A model generated the notes under the pieces. It did not search any database and was not told the origin of the DNA. It saw only the letters and a list, made by a program, of their open reading frames with translations. Source: Octopus bimaculoides (Eukaryota). From it: a stretch of 50,596 nucleotides of DNA. A program made the position numbers and the translations under genes. The stretch is taken from the NCBI RefSeq assembly GCF_001194135.2, contig NC_069008.1, positions 1,293,959 through 1,344,554 of the forward strand, given 5' to 3'. Positions 1-12,040 of this stretch are shown piece by piece. The first letter of the stretch is position 1, and each line of letters begins with the position of its first letter.

Positions 1-615
1 AAAAGGCAAAAATCGACCTCAACGGAATTTGCTGAAACTCAGAACATAACGAGTCGAAAAAAATATCGCAAAGCATTCTTCTGCCAGTTCGCCACCATAT
101 ATAATAATAATAACAATAACAATGATAATAATAATAATCCTTTCTGCTGGAGGCGCACAAGGCCTGCAATTTGGGAGGAGGGGACAAAGTCGATTACATC
201 GATCCCAGTGTTTTACTGGTAAGGCCTGTTAAAAGGATGAAAGGCAAAGTCGACCTCGGTAGAATTTGAACTCGGAACGTAAAGACAGACGGAATGCTGC
301 TAAGCATTTTGCCCGGCGTGCTAACGATTCTGCGAGCTTCCCTTATTATTATTAATAATAATAATAAATATCATTATTATTATTTCAAATTTTTGCCACA
401 AGGGTAGCTTGGGGGAGATGGAGATGTTTTGATTCCATCGTCCGGCGTCCTAACTACTGGAGGCACGAGGCCTCAAATTTGTGGGGAGGAGACTAGTCGA
501 TTACATCGATCCCCAATGTTTTACTGGTACTTAATCTATCGACCCCCGAAAGGAAGAACATTAAGACGGACGAAATGTTTCGTGTGATAATTATTATTCC
601 AACTCGCTGCCTTAA
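1..615 (-). mobile_element. Three head-to-tail copies of tRNA-derived SINE family B
   Basis: Repeated aaaggatgaaaggcaaagtcgacctcggcggaatttgaactcagaac (B box GAGTTCAAATTCC on the minus strand), separated by (TAA)n tails. Confidence 0.9.
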
Positions 616-689
616 ATAATAATGAACTCATGAATCCAGCAGTTTTCCATCGATGATATATTTTTAAAATTCTTTAAATCGTCGAAGTG

Positions 690-1290
690 TTCAGATGAGA
701 ATAGCAACAACCGAAGAAGCTTGTATGTGGCCATTCCACCGACTAAAAATAGCAGCCAAATCTCCCTCAAATCGCATTCAAGTATTATGCATGTGTAAAT
801 GGATATGTATGAGCTAATGAAAGACATCTACGTAGTAGTCAGATCTGCTGGAAATAGCAGTCAAATCTCATTCAAATTGCATCTTGCTTTCTTATGTTAT
901 GAGCCAAAAAAAAAAAACTGTACACAGAAGCTAGATGCTAGAAATAGCAACCAAATCACACCTTACTGTATTACGTACGTATAATATGAATGTATAAGCC
1001 AACGAGAGAGATATCTACATGGTAGCTAGAAATGGTAGAAATAGCAGCCATATCTCCCTCAAATCTCATGAGCCAAGGAGGGTGGCTTCTACATAGTTGT
1101 AAAGTAGTTGGAAATACCAGCTAAATCTATCTCATATCACACCTATATATATGAACTAAGGAGGCAGACCTTTACAGGGTAGAAATAGCAGTCAAATCTC
1201 CCTAAATCACACCTGTCGTGTGATCAGCTACTCACAGAGATGCTTCTACCTGATAATAGATATAGTAGAAATATCAATCAAATCGCAGTA
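690..1290 (+). repeat. Degenerate minisatellite, about 7 units built on gaaatagcagccaaatctccctcaaatc
   Basis: The motif recurs at about 745, 850, 941, 1038, 1110, 1181 and 1267. A single copy lies at about 33245. Confidence 0.8.
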
Positions 1291-2273
1291 TGTGCTGATG
1301 AAAGAGACTTCTAAAATATCAAACAGATCTGGTAGAGATAGGAACCAGATCTCCTTTGTATCACATTAAAAAAATCTGAGGAAAAAACCCCACTTAAACA
1401 GGGACACATTGGAGCCTCAAGTTTCAATCTTTTGTCTCTCTACAGCACACCATATAAAGGGTAGAAAACGATCATCGCTTTAAAGGCTTTATTATTCTAA
1501 GTATGAAAACAGTTGTGAATGCATGCACTGTACTTTGTTGCAAAAAATATTCATGCAGAGGTACAGTGCAGAAATCATCTGCATTTTCCTGACTCGTCCC
1601 CCCCAAAAAAATGCTGCACATATATGCGAATGCAAGCCATACATGGCACAGCAGTTGAAAAAGTTTGTATTGGGGAATATAAAGTTAGCTATAAATAAAA
1701 TACAAAAAAAAAAGGACGCGATGGTCATTCGCGGAGCGCTGGAATGTCGAAGATGAAATCACATTGAACTTATGTATACGAACTACTATTATCATTAAAG
1801 ATCACGTCTAGATATCTTTGACTTGAAGAGCTATTCGTGATTGACTTAAAGTTAAACAACAATAATAGCACATAAAATAATATAATCCTAGACACACTAG
1901 TCAGAATAAACAATGAGGACACATCAGGGACGTACATCTTTGAGCATAAGTCTGGGGCTACAAACTAGGGGTAATACACCCTAGAAACCATAGATAATTC
2001 ACCATTCTTTTTTTTTTTTCTTTTTGTATTGGCTTCGTCTGAGAGAAGAACTTGTGTTCAGAGTCTTCGCAGTATTTTCTCAATCTCAGAAACAAAACCG
2101 AGCGAGCACGTTCGCGAATTGTAGTTCATTTTCGGAATCACTACACATAGTAGTAAGGGCGAAAAAAGGAGACCGGATTCTCAAAGGGAGGAATAACCTT
2201 TACGCAGAGTTCTACTCAAGAGAGCTGACCCAAGGGTTAAACAACAGTAAACAAACATAAATCTTTCACTTAC

Positions 2274-2339
2274 CATTCTGCCGTTCTGATCATTGGGGTC
2301 GGGTGCGAACCGCCTTTCAGGCATATAATGACGAGACAT
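2274..2339 (-). CDS. Probable first exon of an unidentified minus-strand gene (MSRHYMPERRFAPDPNDQNGRM); could instead be a 5' UTR exon
   Basis: CpG-rich unique sequence; pyrimidine-rich leader; 22 open codons ending at a consensus donor ATG|GTAAGT, phase 0. I could not find its downstream exons within the window. Confidence 0.4.
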
Positions 2340-3353
2340 TGAGAGTGAGGAAAAGTAAAAGCGAAACTAACAACGGGTAACTCCGAATGTTTTCTTGCGG
2401 TGTAATTACAAGCACTGCTTCAAAATACTAAAGCTAGCATCAAAATACGAAACTAACTTTAACATGTAGAATATTTTTAAATGGTAGGGGTGAATGTGGG
2501 TGGGAAAGATGTTAAGCTTTTTACTTTTATAATTAGTGTGGGTTTTATATTTTTTTATATTTTGACTTCGTCCTTTTGTGGGTGAAATTCTATTCAAATT
2601 CTTCATCAATATATTTATTTGAATAAATGTTTTTTTTCTTCTGAGATTCTGTTTTTTTTTTTTAACACGAATTTTTGCTATATGTGTTTGGTGTTTGCGA
2701 TGTTAACTAAAGTCCACAACAGTAAGTTATCCAAGCCTCCACACCATGAAAATTGTTCTTCGTCGAACTGGAAGTCAGCCAAACTAGGCCTGGCTACGTT
2801 TTAGCAAGCAAGGCCACAACATTAGCAAAACATTTTCACAGACCTGGTAGATAGACAATTTTCTGACGTTGCCCGTATACGTTTACATATTAATAATAGA
2901 ATAGAGAACGAAAAGAAAGAAAGAAACAAGCAAATATCTTGAATACTATAAATAGAACATCACTCCAAGAAAGAAAGATAAATCTTGTTATTCATTATAT
3001 GTTTGTGGTTTCTGAATTATCTTTGGGTTTCTGCAAATCCTGCGTGGAGGATTAGAATAATTTAGTAGCGTTGACGCTGGAATTCTGGCATAAGCACTCA
3101 ACTTTTTTCAGTTTTTGGAATTTTCAGAAAATCTTTTCTACGATTTAAAAAAAAAAAGAAGTTTTGTTTTTTTTTTCAAAGTTTTCGAAGTTAAAAAAAT
3201 GTTTTTTTCAGTTTCAAATACGGACTTTTTTTTGCTGAAATCCCAGCAATGGACCATTAAACGTATTTAGGGAAAGAAAGATATTGAAAAAAACATCAAT
3301 ACATGTCAGAGTGACAAAGAAACGAGGAAAGTATCACATCGTGAGATGTGCTA

Positions 3354-3468
3354 AACATAACAGCTAAATAGCACCCTAACGTTGTGCCCATTGAATATGG
3401 AACCGTACCTGTGGGAACTACTGAAATGCTTATCTATTAATCTAAGGAAAAGTCTACCCACAGTTGTT
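3354..3468 (-). mobile_element. Penelope-like retroelement fragment (RT thumb region)
   Basis: TTVGRLFLRLIDKHFSSSHRYGSIFNGHNVRVLFSC resembles the Penelope motif T.IG..FL.LIDKHF...H.L.KIFN...VKVSYSC. Confidence 0.82.
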
Positions 3469-3499
3469 ATTGTGTTAAGGGAGTTGGGAGGGCAAACCA

Positions 3500-3710
3500 A
3501 ATCGTATTTCTGTGGTGCTTCCTTCTGCGGCTTAGCGGTATTTCGTCTGCCGTTACGTTCTGAGTTCAAATTCCGCCGAGGTCGACTTTGCCTTTCATCC
3601 TTTCGGGGTCGATAAATTAAGTACCAGTTACGCACTGGGGTCGATGTAATCGACTTAACCTCTTTGTTTGTCCCCTCTATGTTTAGCCCCTTGTGGGCAA
3701 TAAAGAAATA
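3500..3710 (+). mobile_element. SINE family B copy
   Basis: ctgagttcaaattccgccgaggtcgactttgcctttcatcctttcggggtcgat...gcaataaagaaataa. Confidence 0.88.
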
Positions 3711-3916
3711 ACTATCTCTTTCTGTTTCACACGGAATTTTTCCTCCTCCAAAGACTTCTGGTTTTATAAGTCAATCTACCTTTTTTTTTTTTTGGCAGTA
3801 AATTTTCATCAGATAAATTTGACTTGTAAGCCAGAAAATATGGTTGTAGTTTGTATGTATGTGTAATGTCTTTTTCCCCCTCTTTCTGAACGAACGTGTA
3901 AGGCGTAGCAGTGGCT

Positions 3917-4295
3917 ATAGGTGTAAGAGTGGCTGTGTGGTAGCTTACCAACCACATGGTTCTGGGTTCAGTCCCACTGCGTGGCACCTTGGGTAAGTGT
4001 CTTCCACTATAGCCTCAGGCCGACCAAAGCCTTGTGAGTGGATTTGGTAGACGGAAACTGAAAGAAGCCCATCATATATATGTATATATGTTTGTGTGTC
4101 TGTGTTTGTCCCCCCACCATCGCTTGACAACTGATGCTGGTGTGTTTACGTCCCCGTAAATTAGCGGTTCGGCAAAAAGAGACCTATAGAATAAGTACTA
4201 GGCTTACAAAGAATAAGTCCTGGGGTCGATTTGCTCGACTATAAAGGCAGTGCTCCAGCATGGCCGCAGTCAAATGACTGAAACAAGTAAAAGAG
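3917..4295 (+). mobile_element. tRNA-derived SINE, local family A (CORE-like core), near full length
   Basis: A box TGGCTGTGTGG, B box GGTTCAGTCCC, CORE-like ACCTTGGGTAAGTGTCTT, internal (TA/TG)n, tail ...tgactgaaacaagtaaaagag. Many other copies occur in the window. Confidence 0.9.
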
Positions 4296-4929
4296 CATGT
4301 GCAGGTGTTTGCCTCCACTGGCAAAATGTACTGTTGCCAAAACAGGTTGAATATCCAGTCAGTCACGCTAAACTGTTTCAATCCAATATGGACATAGCAT
4401 GGCTGAATGGTTAAGAAGTTTGCTTTGCAACCACAAGTCCTCAGGTTCAATCCCACATTATGGCATCATGAGTTAGCATCTTCTACCGCTTCCTTTGAAT
4501 TATCCAAATTTTTTGCTTCTCTGTGTTCTCACAGACCTATTTGGAATCAAAGCAACAAATCCTCCTCATTTAATGTTCATTTTCCATGCTGGTATGGGTT
4601 AGACAATTTGACTGGAACTGGTAAACCGGAGAGCTGCACCAGATTCCAGTCTGTGGCAACAGCTGCGACTACAGTTTCATCTGGATTGATGAGTCTTCTC
4701 AAGCAAAGCATATGGTTAAGGTCTCTGTCACTTGTTGTTCCTTCCATGAGGCCCAACATTTGAGGATCATGCTTCCGGCAATGGCCATGATTACAATTTC
4801 ACAGATGCTATTTACATTTCACTGCCAACAGCCATGACTATGGTTTCACTTGGCTTGACAAGTCCTCTCAAGCACAGCATGTTGCCAAATCCACCACATA
4901 AAAATCTTTTGCTGTACAAATTGTGTGTG

Positions 4930-5303
4930 TAGTAAGAAGCCTCCTTCCCAACCTCATGGTCCCAGGTTCAGTCCCACTGTGTGGCACCTTTTGGCAAGTA
5001 TCTTGTACCAGAGCCTCGGAACAACCAAAGCCTTGTGAGTGGATTTGGTAGATGGAAACTGAAAGAAGCTCGTCATATATATATATATTTGTATTTATGT
5101 ATCTGTGTTTGTCTCCCCCACCACCACCACCATCTCTTGACAACCGATGTTGGTGTGTTTACGTCCCCGTCACCAGGCGGTTCAGCAAAAAAGACCAATA
5201 GAATAAGTACTAGGCTTAGAAAGAATAAGTCTTGGGGTTGATTTGCTTGACTAAAGGTGGTGCTCCAGCATGGCTACAGTCAAATGACTGAAACAAGTAA
5301 AAT
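4930..5303 (+). mobile_element. SINE family A copy
   Basis: Colinear with 3917-4295. Confidence 0.88.
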
Positions 5304-5843
5304 AATCATCTCACTTTTTCTTTGGATGGTATAAAAAAAGAGCTGACATTGGCCTATCTTTGTACATTCAAAAACAATGAAACCATTGTGTTTTTTTTTT
5401 CTGAGAATAGCTTTATTGTTCATTCATAAATGCATAATATGTATATTATTTCATATTTATGTGCATGTCTGTGTATGCACACATACACATATAAAATAAT
5501 TGTGGGGATAATTATAACCCAAGCAATCACCTCATCAGCATTTCATGTAGGAACCTGGATAGAGTAGTATTCCAATAACTGAAGGAAGATCAGTCACACT
5601 TCAATTGATGTTAAAAAGGAGCACTTTGTGAATCCATGGTATGGTCCTCACAAAGTGGATAATAATTAATCTAACTGAGGAAAAGAAAAGTCAAATCAAG
5701 GTTACAAATGTTTCCATTAACAAACATTGCTTATTCTATATGCAACATATTTATTAACATTATAGCTCAAACACTTCTTCAGATATCCAGATTTGAAACA
5801 CCAACTTATACATTTATCTATCCACACACACATGCAAGAAAAG

Positions 5844-6065
5844 GCATAAATAAGGGGCCTTACATATTTCTTTATTTGCTCAATTTTTACTTACAGCTGT
5901 TTCTGATTAGCATTACAGGTACGTTCATAGTTCTGTATACTCAATCATTCCATTGATCAATGGATTGAGTAAACAGATCTATGAACGCACCTATAATGCT
6001 TATCAGAAACAGCTGTAAGTCAAAGTTGCACAAATAAAGGAATATGTAAGGCTCATTATTTGTGC
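5844..6065. repeat. Spacer-less diverged palindrome (~110-bp arms, ~88% identity)
   Basis: Centre GA|TC at 5956/5957; 13 mismatches plus a 4-nt insertion. Confidence 0.92.
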
Positions 6066-7239
6066 TCCTGTATATTACTTGTAAAAAAAAAAACCCACCA
6101 ATTTAGCTGGGAATTCAGCTATGGACTTACAAAATTGACCGGTATTAGACGACAATCTTAGACCCTGCCATAAGTTTACATGGACTTCTTTACTTATATG
6201 AAAACATTTTGTTAGCCTGGTGTACATGTGTTAACAGATTGCATGGATTGACAAACCTTCATTAATAACAATATATACACACATATATACATACATACAC
6301 ATGTATATGAAGTTAATTGTATGGCTGGTCATAAAGCAACCAATGATTTCACATCCATAAAGTGCTTAGCCTTATAGACGGCTCAACAGACTTCAATGGC
6401 TGTGGACATCTATAAGGCAAAATGCTTTATCGATGCAAAAACCATTGGCCGCTCTATGACTAGCCTTATATATATATNNNNNNNNNNNNNNNNNNNNNNN
6501 NNNNNNNNNNNNNNNNNNNNNNNNNNNNNNNNNNNNNNNNNNNNNNNNNNNNNNNNNNNNNNNNNNNNNNNNNNNNNNNNNNNNNNNNNNNNNNNNNNNN
6601 NNNNNNNNNNNNNNNNNNNNNNNNNNNNNNNNNNNNNNNNNNNNNNNNNNNNNNNNNNNNNNNNNNNNNNNNNNNNNNNNNNNNNNNNNNNNNNNNNNNN
6701 NNNNNNNNNNNNNNNNNNNNNNNNNNNNNNNNNNNNNNNNNNNNNNNNNNNNNNNNNNNNNNNNNNNNNNNNNNNNNNNNNNNNNNNNNNNNNNNNNNNN
6801 NNNNNNNNNNNNNNNNNNNNNNNNNNNNNNNNNNNNNNNNNNNNNNNNNNNNNNNNNNNNNNNNNNNNNNNNNNNNNNNNNNNNNNNNNNNNNNNNNNNN
6901 NNNNNNNNNNNNNNNNNNNNNNNNNNNNNNNNNNNNNNNNNNNNNNNNNNNNNNNNNNNNNNNNNNNNNNNNNNNNNNNNNNNNNNNNNNNNNNNNNNNN
7001 NNNNNNNNNNNNNNNNNNNNNNNNNNNNNNNNNNNNNNNNNNNNNNNNNNNNNNNNNNNNNNNNNNNNNNNNNNNNNNNNNNNNNNNNNNNNNNNNNNNN
7101 NNNNNNNNNNNNNNNNNNNNNNNNNNNNNNNNNNNNNNNNNNNNNNNNNNNNNNNNNNNTCCACGTTACAAATTTAATCTGAATTAAATTTAATTTAAAT
7201 TTAATTTGTGGTCCGTGGGAAGAGCCGTTTTAACGATGC

Positions 7240-7449
7240 GTCCTGCCCTACTCTTCGAAACGCCTGTGTTAGAATGGGGGCAGCTGATGAAGGAGATGTT
7301 CTCTATGTGGCCTGTGTGTTTTCTGTACTCGTTTATCATTTTGTCTACGTTTTGTTTGCAATGTCCTGTACTCAGATATGCATCTATATATACAGGTAGA
7401 TGTAAGTATGTACATACATGTACGTATATATGCATATACTCATTATTTG

Positions 7450-7460
<11 letters not shown>
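7240..7460. mobile_element. One end of the same TIR family as 26572-26828
   Basis: atcattttgtc...cctgtactcagatatgcatctatatatacaggtagatgtaagtatgtacatacatgtacgtatatatgcatatactca matches the TIR. Confidence 0.78.
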
Positions 7461-7505
<45 letters not shown>

Positions 7506-7979
7506 ACACATAATGTTTGTTTTTTATGTTCAGTTATAATACAAACAATTGTACATTAATCTGATGGATCACTCTATACTTCTGTAGAGCACAAATTTAT
7601 TATCCTTACACAAGGGTGTTGTAGATAGTGACATCTAAGTTGCCAACAATGATTTAACTGACAAAAACTTTGAAGTTACTGTCAATAACATTCTTGTATA
7701 GGAATACTAAATAAATATATACACACACACACACACCCACGCCTTTATATAATATATACATGCTCACAAAGACGTAAATACTTGCACACACACACACAGT
7801 CACTTCACATGCACAAACACATACATACACATACTTCATACAAAAGCCACATGTATGCATGTATAAATTAGGAAAGTGAATTATGTAATAATACAGTTGA
7901 AATAGCAAATGCTGGTCATATGTGCTTTGTTCTCTCCTATGTTACCTCTTCAAGTGCATGTGTGTGTTTATATAATAGA

Positions 7980-8275
7980 CTCACCCGTCGTTAGATGACG
8001 TATGAGGGTTTGACAATCTGTTACCAAACAACCACACAGATAATTTGTTGATAGTGATCAAATGTTTGTGTAGATATAAGTTCACTCCCTCTGTCAAATC
8101 AACATTACCTGTACAAGTGCAATGGGTGCCACATGTCAGATGTTGAAATGATCGCAGAGCTACGAGAAATGAAGTGCTTTGTTCAAGAACACAACGCAAT
8201 GCCTGGTCTGGGAATCGAACCCATGATCTCGCAATCATGGGTGTAACACCTTAACCACTAAGCCATGTGCCTTCA
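7980..8275 (-). mobile_element. tRNA-derived SINE, local family C
   Basis: Minus-strand A box TGGCTTAGTGG, B box GGTTCGATTCC, and CORE-like GTGTTCTTGAACAAAGCACTT. Related heads occur at about 17090-17200 (-), 17812-17890 (+), 15320-15600 (+) and 48330-48510 (-). Confidence 0.82.
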
Positions 8276-8309
8276 CGTGTTCATATATATATATATATAT
8301 ATATATATC

Positions 8310-8700
8310 CTTTTTTTTCTTTTTTACTCGTTTCAGTCATTTGACTGCAGCCATGCTGGGGCACCACCTTGAAGGGTTTTAATTGAACAAAACCCCAGGA
8401 CATAATTTTTAAAACCAGATACCTATTCTATCAGTCTTTTTTGCCGAACGACTAAGTTACAGAGATGTAAACACACAAACATTGGTTGTCAAGCGGTGGC
8501 AGGGAGGCAAACACAGACACAAAGAGTCACATACACACACACACACACACACGACAGGCTTCTTTCAGTTTCTGTCCACCAAATCCACTCACAAGCCTTT
8601 CGTTGGCCTGAGGCTATAGTTAAAAGACACTTACCCAAGGTGCCACACAGTAAGACTGAACCCAGGACCATGTAGTTGGGAAGCAAACTTTTTATCACAC
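8310..8700 (-). mobile_element. SINE family A copy
   Basis: Reverse complement of 3917-4295. Confidence 0.88.
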
Positions 8701-9549
8701 CTGTGCCCATTATCATCATCATCATCATCATCATTTAAGTCTGTTGTCCATGATGGCAAGGGTTAGATAGTTTGACTGGGCTGGCATAATGGAAGGCTGC
8801 ACCAGACTCCAGTCTGATTTGGCATAGTTTTCTATGGTTGGACGCCCTTCCTAACGCCAACCATATATATATATATATACATATATCCATATATATATTA
8901 TATTAGAGTTGTATAGTTTGCATGAAGCATTGTTCGATAAACTTTTGCAGATAAATGATAAAATGTTTTTTGAACTTTTTGTTTAAAACCAAAACAATAC
9001 AAGCCAGAAGAAGAAAATATGTAACTGGTACTTATTTTATCAACCCTGAAAGAATGAAAAGTGAAGCTGACCTCAGCGGAATTTGAACTCCGAATGTAGT
9101 GATGGGTGAAATACTGCTAAGCATTTTATCCAGCGTCCTAATGATTCTGGCAACTTGGTGCCTAAAATAATGATGATGATGATGATGATGATCATTTGAT
9201 GTCTGTTTTCCATACATGTATGGGTTGGACAGTTTGACAGGATCTGGTGAGCTGCATTGAGTTTCGACATCAGCCCTTCCCAACACCAACCAATTTACAT
9301 TGCTCTCTAGTGAGGTCATCAAGTAACTTGCAAAACGAGACAAAGAAAAAAAAAAAAAGAAGAGAAAAGCCCCCTTAACTAAATAAGGAGGATGGGTGGA
9401 TTTGAAAGTGAGGGGAAGAAGGGGCAATGGTTCCCGGCCAGGTGTTGAGAGGCTTAAGTTATAATGAAAGGATAAGCTCAGGTGTTCTGCTATAGAACAG
9501 ATACAAGACTTTCACTGCATTGTATAAACAGTATTTATCTAATCTTTAT

Positions 9550-10410
9550 TATTTAACTCTTTAGCACTCAGATTATCATGTAAAATCTAATCCTTATTTA
9601 TTCACATTGTTTTGAATTAATCCTGCTTTATCTTGCAGCTTTGAGATTGTTTATTTTTGGAATGACATTATAGGGTAGGTGCAAGGGGTTAGATCTGGCC
9701 AGTTTAACCCTTCAACATTCAGATTACTGTCAAATGTAATGCTTATTTATTTATATTGCTTTGAATTAATTATCCATTAATCTCATAACTTTGAGATTTC
9801 AATGATGCAATATTTTTTTTTCAGAATGACATTGTAGTGTATGTGTGAGAGGCCAGATTGGGCCAGTCTGAAAATAAAACAGGCAGAATATTTTTTGGCC
9901 AAATATGGCCAGTGTAAATCTTTAGCCATCAGATTACTCTGTCAAATGTAATGCTTATCTATTCATATTCATCATCATCATCGTTTAACGTCCACTTTCC
10001 ATGCTAGCATGGGTTGGATGATTTGACTGAGGACTGGTGAACCAGATGGCTACACCAGGCTCCAATCTGATTTGGCAGAGTTTCTACAGCTGGATGCCTT
10101 TCCTAACGCCAACCACTCCGAGAGTGTAGTGGGTGCTTTTACGTGCCACTGGCACGAAGGCCAGTCAGGCGGTACTGGCAACGGCCACATTAAAAATGAT
10201 GTATTTTACATGCCACCTGCACAAGAGCCAGTCCAGCGTTGAATTAATCATGAATTATCTTGTAGCTTCGAGATATCAACGATGTGGTCGGTTATTCTTA
10301 GAATGAGATTATAAGGTTATTGTGGGAGGCCAGATCTTGTCGGTTTAAACATAAAACAGGGAGAATATTTGGGCAAGATATATACCCAGTTTAAATGCTA
10401 AAGGGTCGAA
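9550..10410 (+). mobile_element. Three tandem piggyBac-like MITE units
   Basis: Units begin TTAA-C(C/T)CTT(T)AGCATTCAGATTA and the last one ends AATGCTAAAGGG. CCCTT termini with TTAA flanks are piggyBac hallmarks. Confidence 0.7.
9970..10235 (-). mobile_element. RTE-type LINE 3' end with (GAT)n tail, inserted in a piggyBac-like MITE
   Basis: Reverse complement of ...ggaagggcatccagctgtagaaac...cccatgctagcatggaaagtggacgttaaacgatgatgatg. Other copies lie at about 4560-4700, 8715-8860, 9165-9320, 21490-21830, 45080-45280, 48960-49100 and 50320-50580. Confidence 0.82.
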
Positions 10411-10989
10411 GTTGGAGTAATTATGAAATCTAAAAGAAAAACTTAATAAACAAAAATTTGTAAAGGTTCATTTACAGACTGATACATGCATACATACATA
10501 CACCTGCATATTCTTTCTTGGAATGGTGAAAGTTTGAAGCAGATAGTGCTAAATATTGGATTAAAAACCCTTTTGAATAGAAGAAAAATGAAGGGCTGCT
10601 CATGAGACAGGAACCCGTATCATCTGTAAATTTGACAGAAGTTCTACCACTGGACCAAAACAACCCTTTAAATACCTATATCCAACAGGTATTCTTTAAC
10701 CTTTTCTAGCCAAAGGGCCTTTTTTGACCCAATACTTACTGTTATTTATAGCTTTATCTGTTTCAAGCTTCACCATTCCAAACAAAAAACAAGAAAATTA
10801 TTTCACATTGCTCTTGAAGTTTATACCATCAACAGGATACACACACACATATACATGTACCTGTGCACACACACACATATACATGTACCTGTGCACACAC
10901 ACACACACACACAGAACTGAAATAATGAAACTTCAAAATTTCAAAGAGTATATAATGATCCTGTACATGTGTATGTATGTAAGTATGAG

Positions 10990-11027
<38 letters not shown>

Positions 11028-11224
11028 AGAAACACTGTTGTGTCTGGGGAGAGACATTATGCCAATATATAGCATATTATATAAAGTATGCAGTTCTTTC
11101 AAGTTATACACGAATTCTGTTAAACCAGATACAAAAAATGAATAGAAATGGTTTTTCTGGTAATTTTTCCACTTCAATAATTAGATCTTTATAAACCAAA
11201 CAGCAAATAATATACAAATATCTA

Positions 11225-11425
11225 ATTATTAAAGTAGAAAAATTATTTTAATTTTTTTCAAATATATAATGCTATACCAAGGACTTTCTAGTTCTTATTC
11301 TACTACACACACACATCTTGCACACATATATACACATATATAATACATGAATATATATATATCTATATATATATATATAAATACATACATGAATACATAC
11401 TTACACACACACACATATATATATG

Positions 11426-11486
<61 letters not shown>

Positions 11487-11891
11487 NNNNNNNNNNNNNN
11501 NNNNNNNNNNNNNNNNNNNNNNNNNNNNNNNNNNNNNNNNNNNNNNNNNNNNNNNNNNNNNNNNNNNNNNNNNNNNNNNNNNNNNNNNNNNNNNNNNNNN
11601 NNNNNNNNNNNNNNNNNNNNNNNNNNNNNNNNNNNNNNNNNNNNNNNNNNNNNNNNNNNNNNNNNNNNNNNNNNNNNNNNNNNNNNNNNNNNNNNNNNNN
11701 NNNNNNNNNNNNNNNNNNNNNNNNNNNNNNNNNNNNNNNNNNNNNNNNNNNNNNNNNNNNNNNNNNNNNNNNNNNNNNNNNNNNNNNNNNNNNNNNNNNN
11801 NNNNNNNNNNNNNNNNNNNNNNNNNNNNNNNNNNNNNNNNNNNNNNNNNNNNNNNNNNNNNNNNNNNNNNNNNNNNNNNNNNNNNNNNNNN

Positions 11892-11928
<37 letters not shown>

Positions 11929-12013
11929 CATACTTATATCGTATGTATTTTATAATATATTAGCACAAAGGATGACCACCCCCACAAAAAACCCAGCAGC
12001 AATGACTTCTTGT
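11225..12013 (-). other. Candidate HMGCS 3' UTR with ATTAAA poly(A) signal at 11247-11252
   Basis: Lies downstream of the stop codon. A minus-strand ATTAAA is followed by a U/GU-rich tract (tatttgtatattatttgctgtttggttt). The interval contains a (TA)n-flanked N gap. Confidence 0.3.
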
Positions 12014-12040
12014 TTATGCAGTAGCTGTTTGCTGGGAATC
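12014..12040 (-). CDS. HMGCS1: Probable terminal HMG-CoA synthase coding exon (DSQQTATA-stop)
   Basis: Strong polypyrimidine acceptor (ttctttttatctttgcag|) in phase 0 with the previous donor, followed by 8 codons and TAA. The tail has no homology support, so the call rests on the splice signal and phase. Confidence 0.75.
   Translation of the reverse strand, partial: DSQQTATA

Noticed and set aside
690-1290. CRISPR-like repeat-spacer appearance
   Set aside because: The repeats are degenerate, the spacers are related to each other and variable in length, there are no cas genes, and the context is eukaryotic.
1523-1570. pre-miRNA-like stem tgcactgtac/gtacagtgca
   Set aside because: The hairpin is only ~47 nt and I recognise no miRNA family.
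2619-2890. Divergent plus-strand first coding exon
   Set aside because: The ATG frame stops after 13 codons and the longer frame has no ATG. It is CpG-rich, so it may be promoter/UTR, but no gene can be supported.
10581-10688. Possible plus-strand 108-nt exon (KKNEGLLMRQEPVSSVNLTEVLPLDQNNPLNTYIQQ, AG...GT)
   Set aside because: No recognisable homology, a mediocre acceptor and no partner exons; the opposite strand is equally open. It may be HMGCS downstream/UTR sequence.
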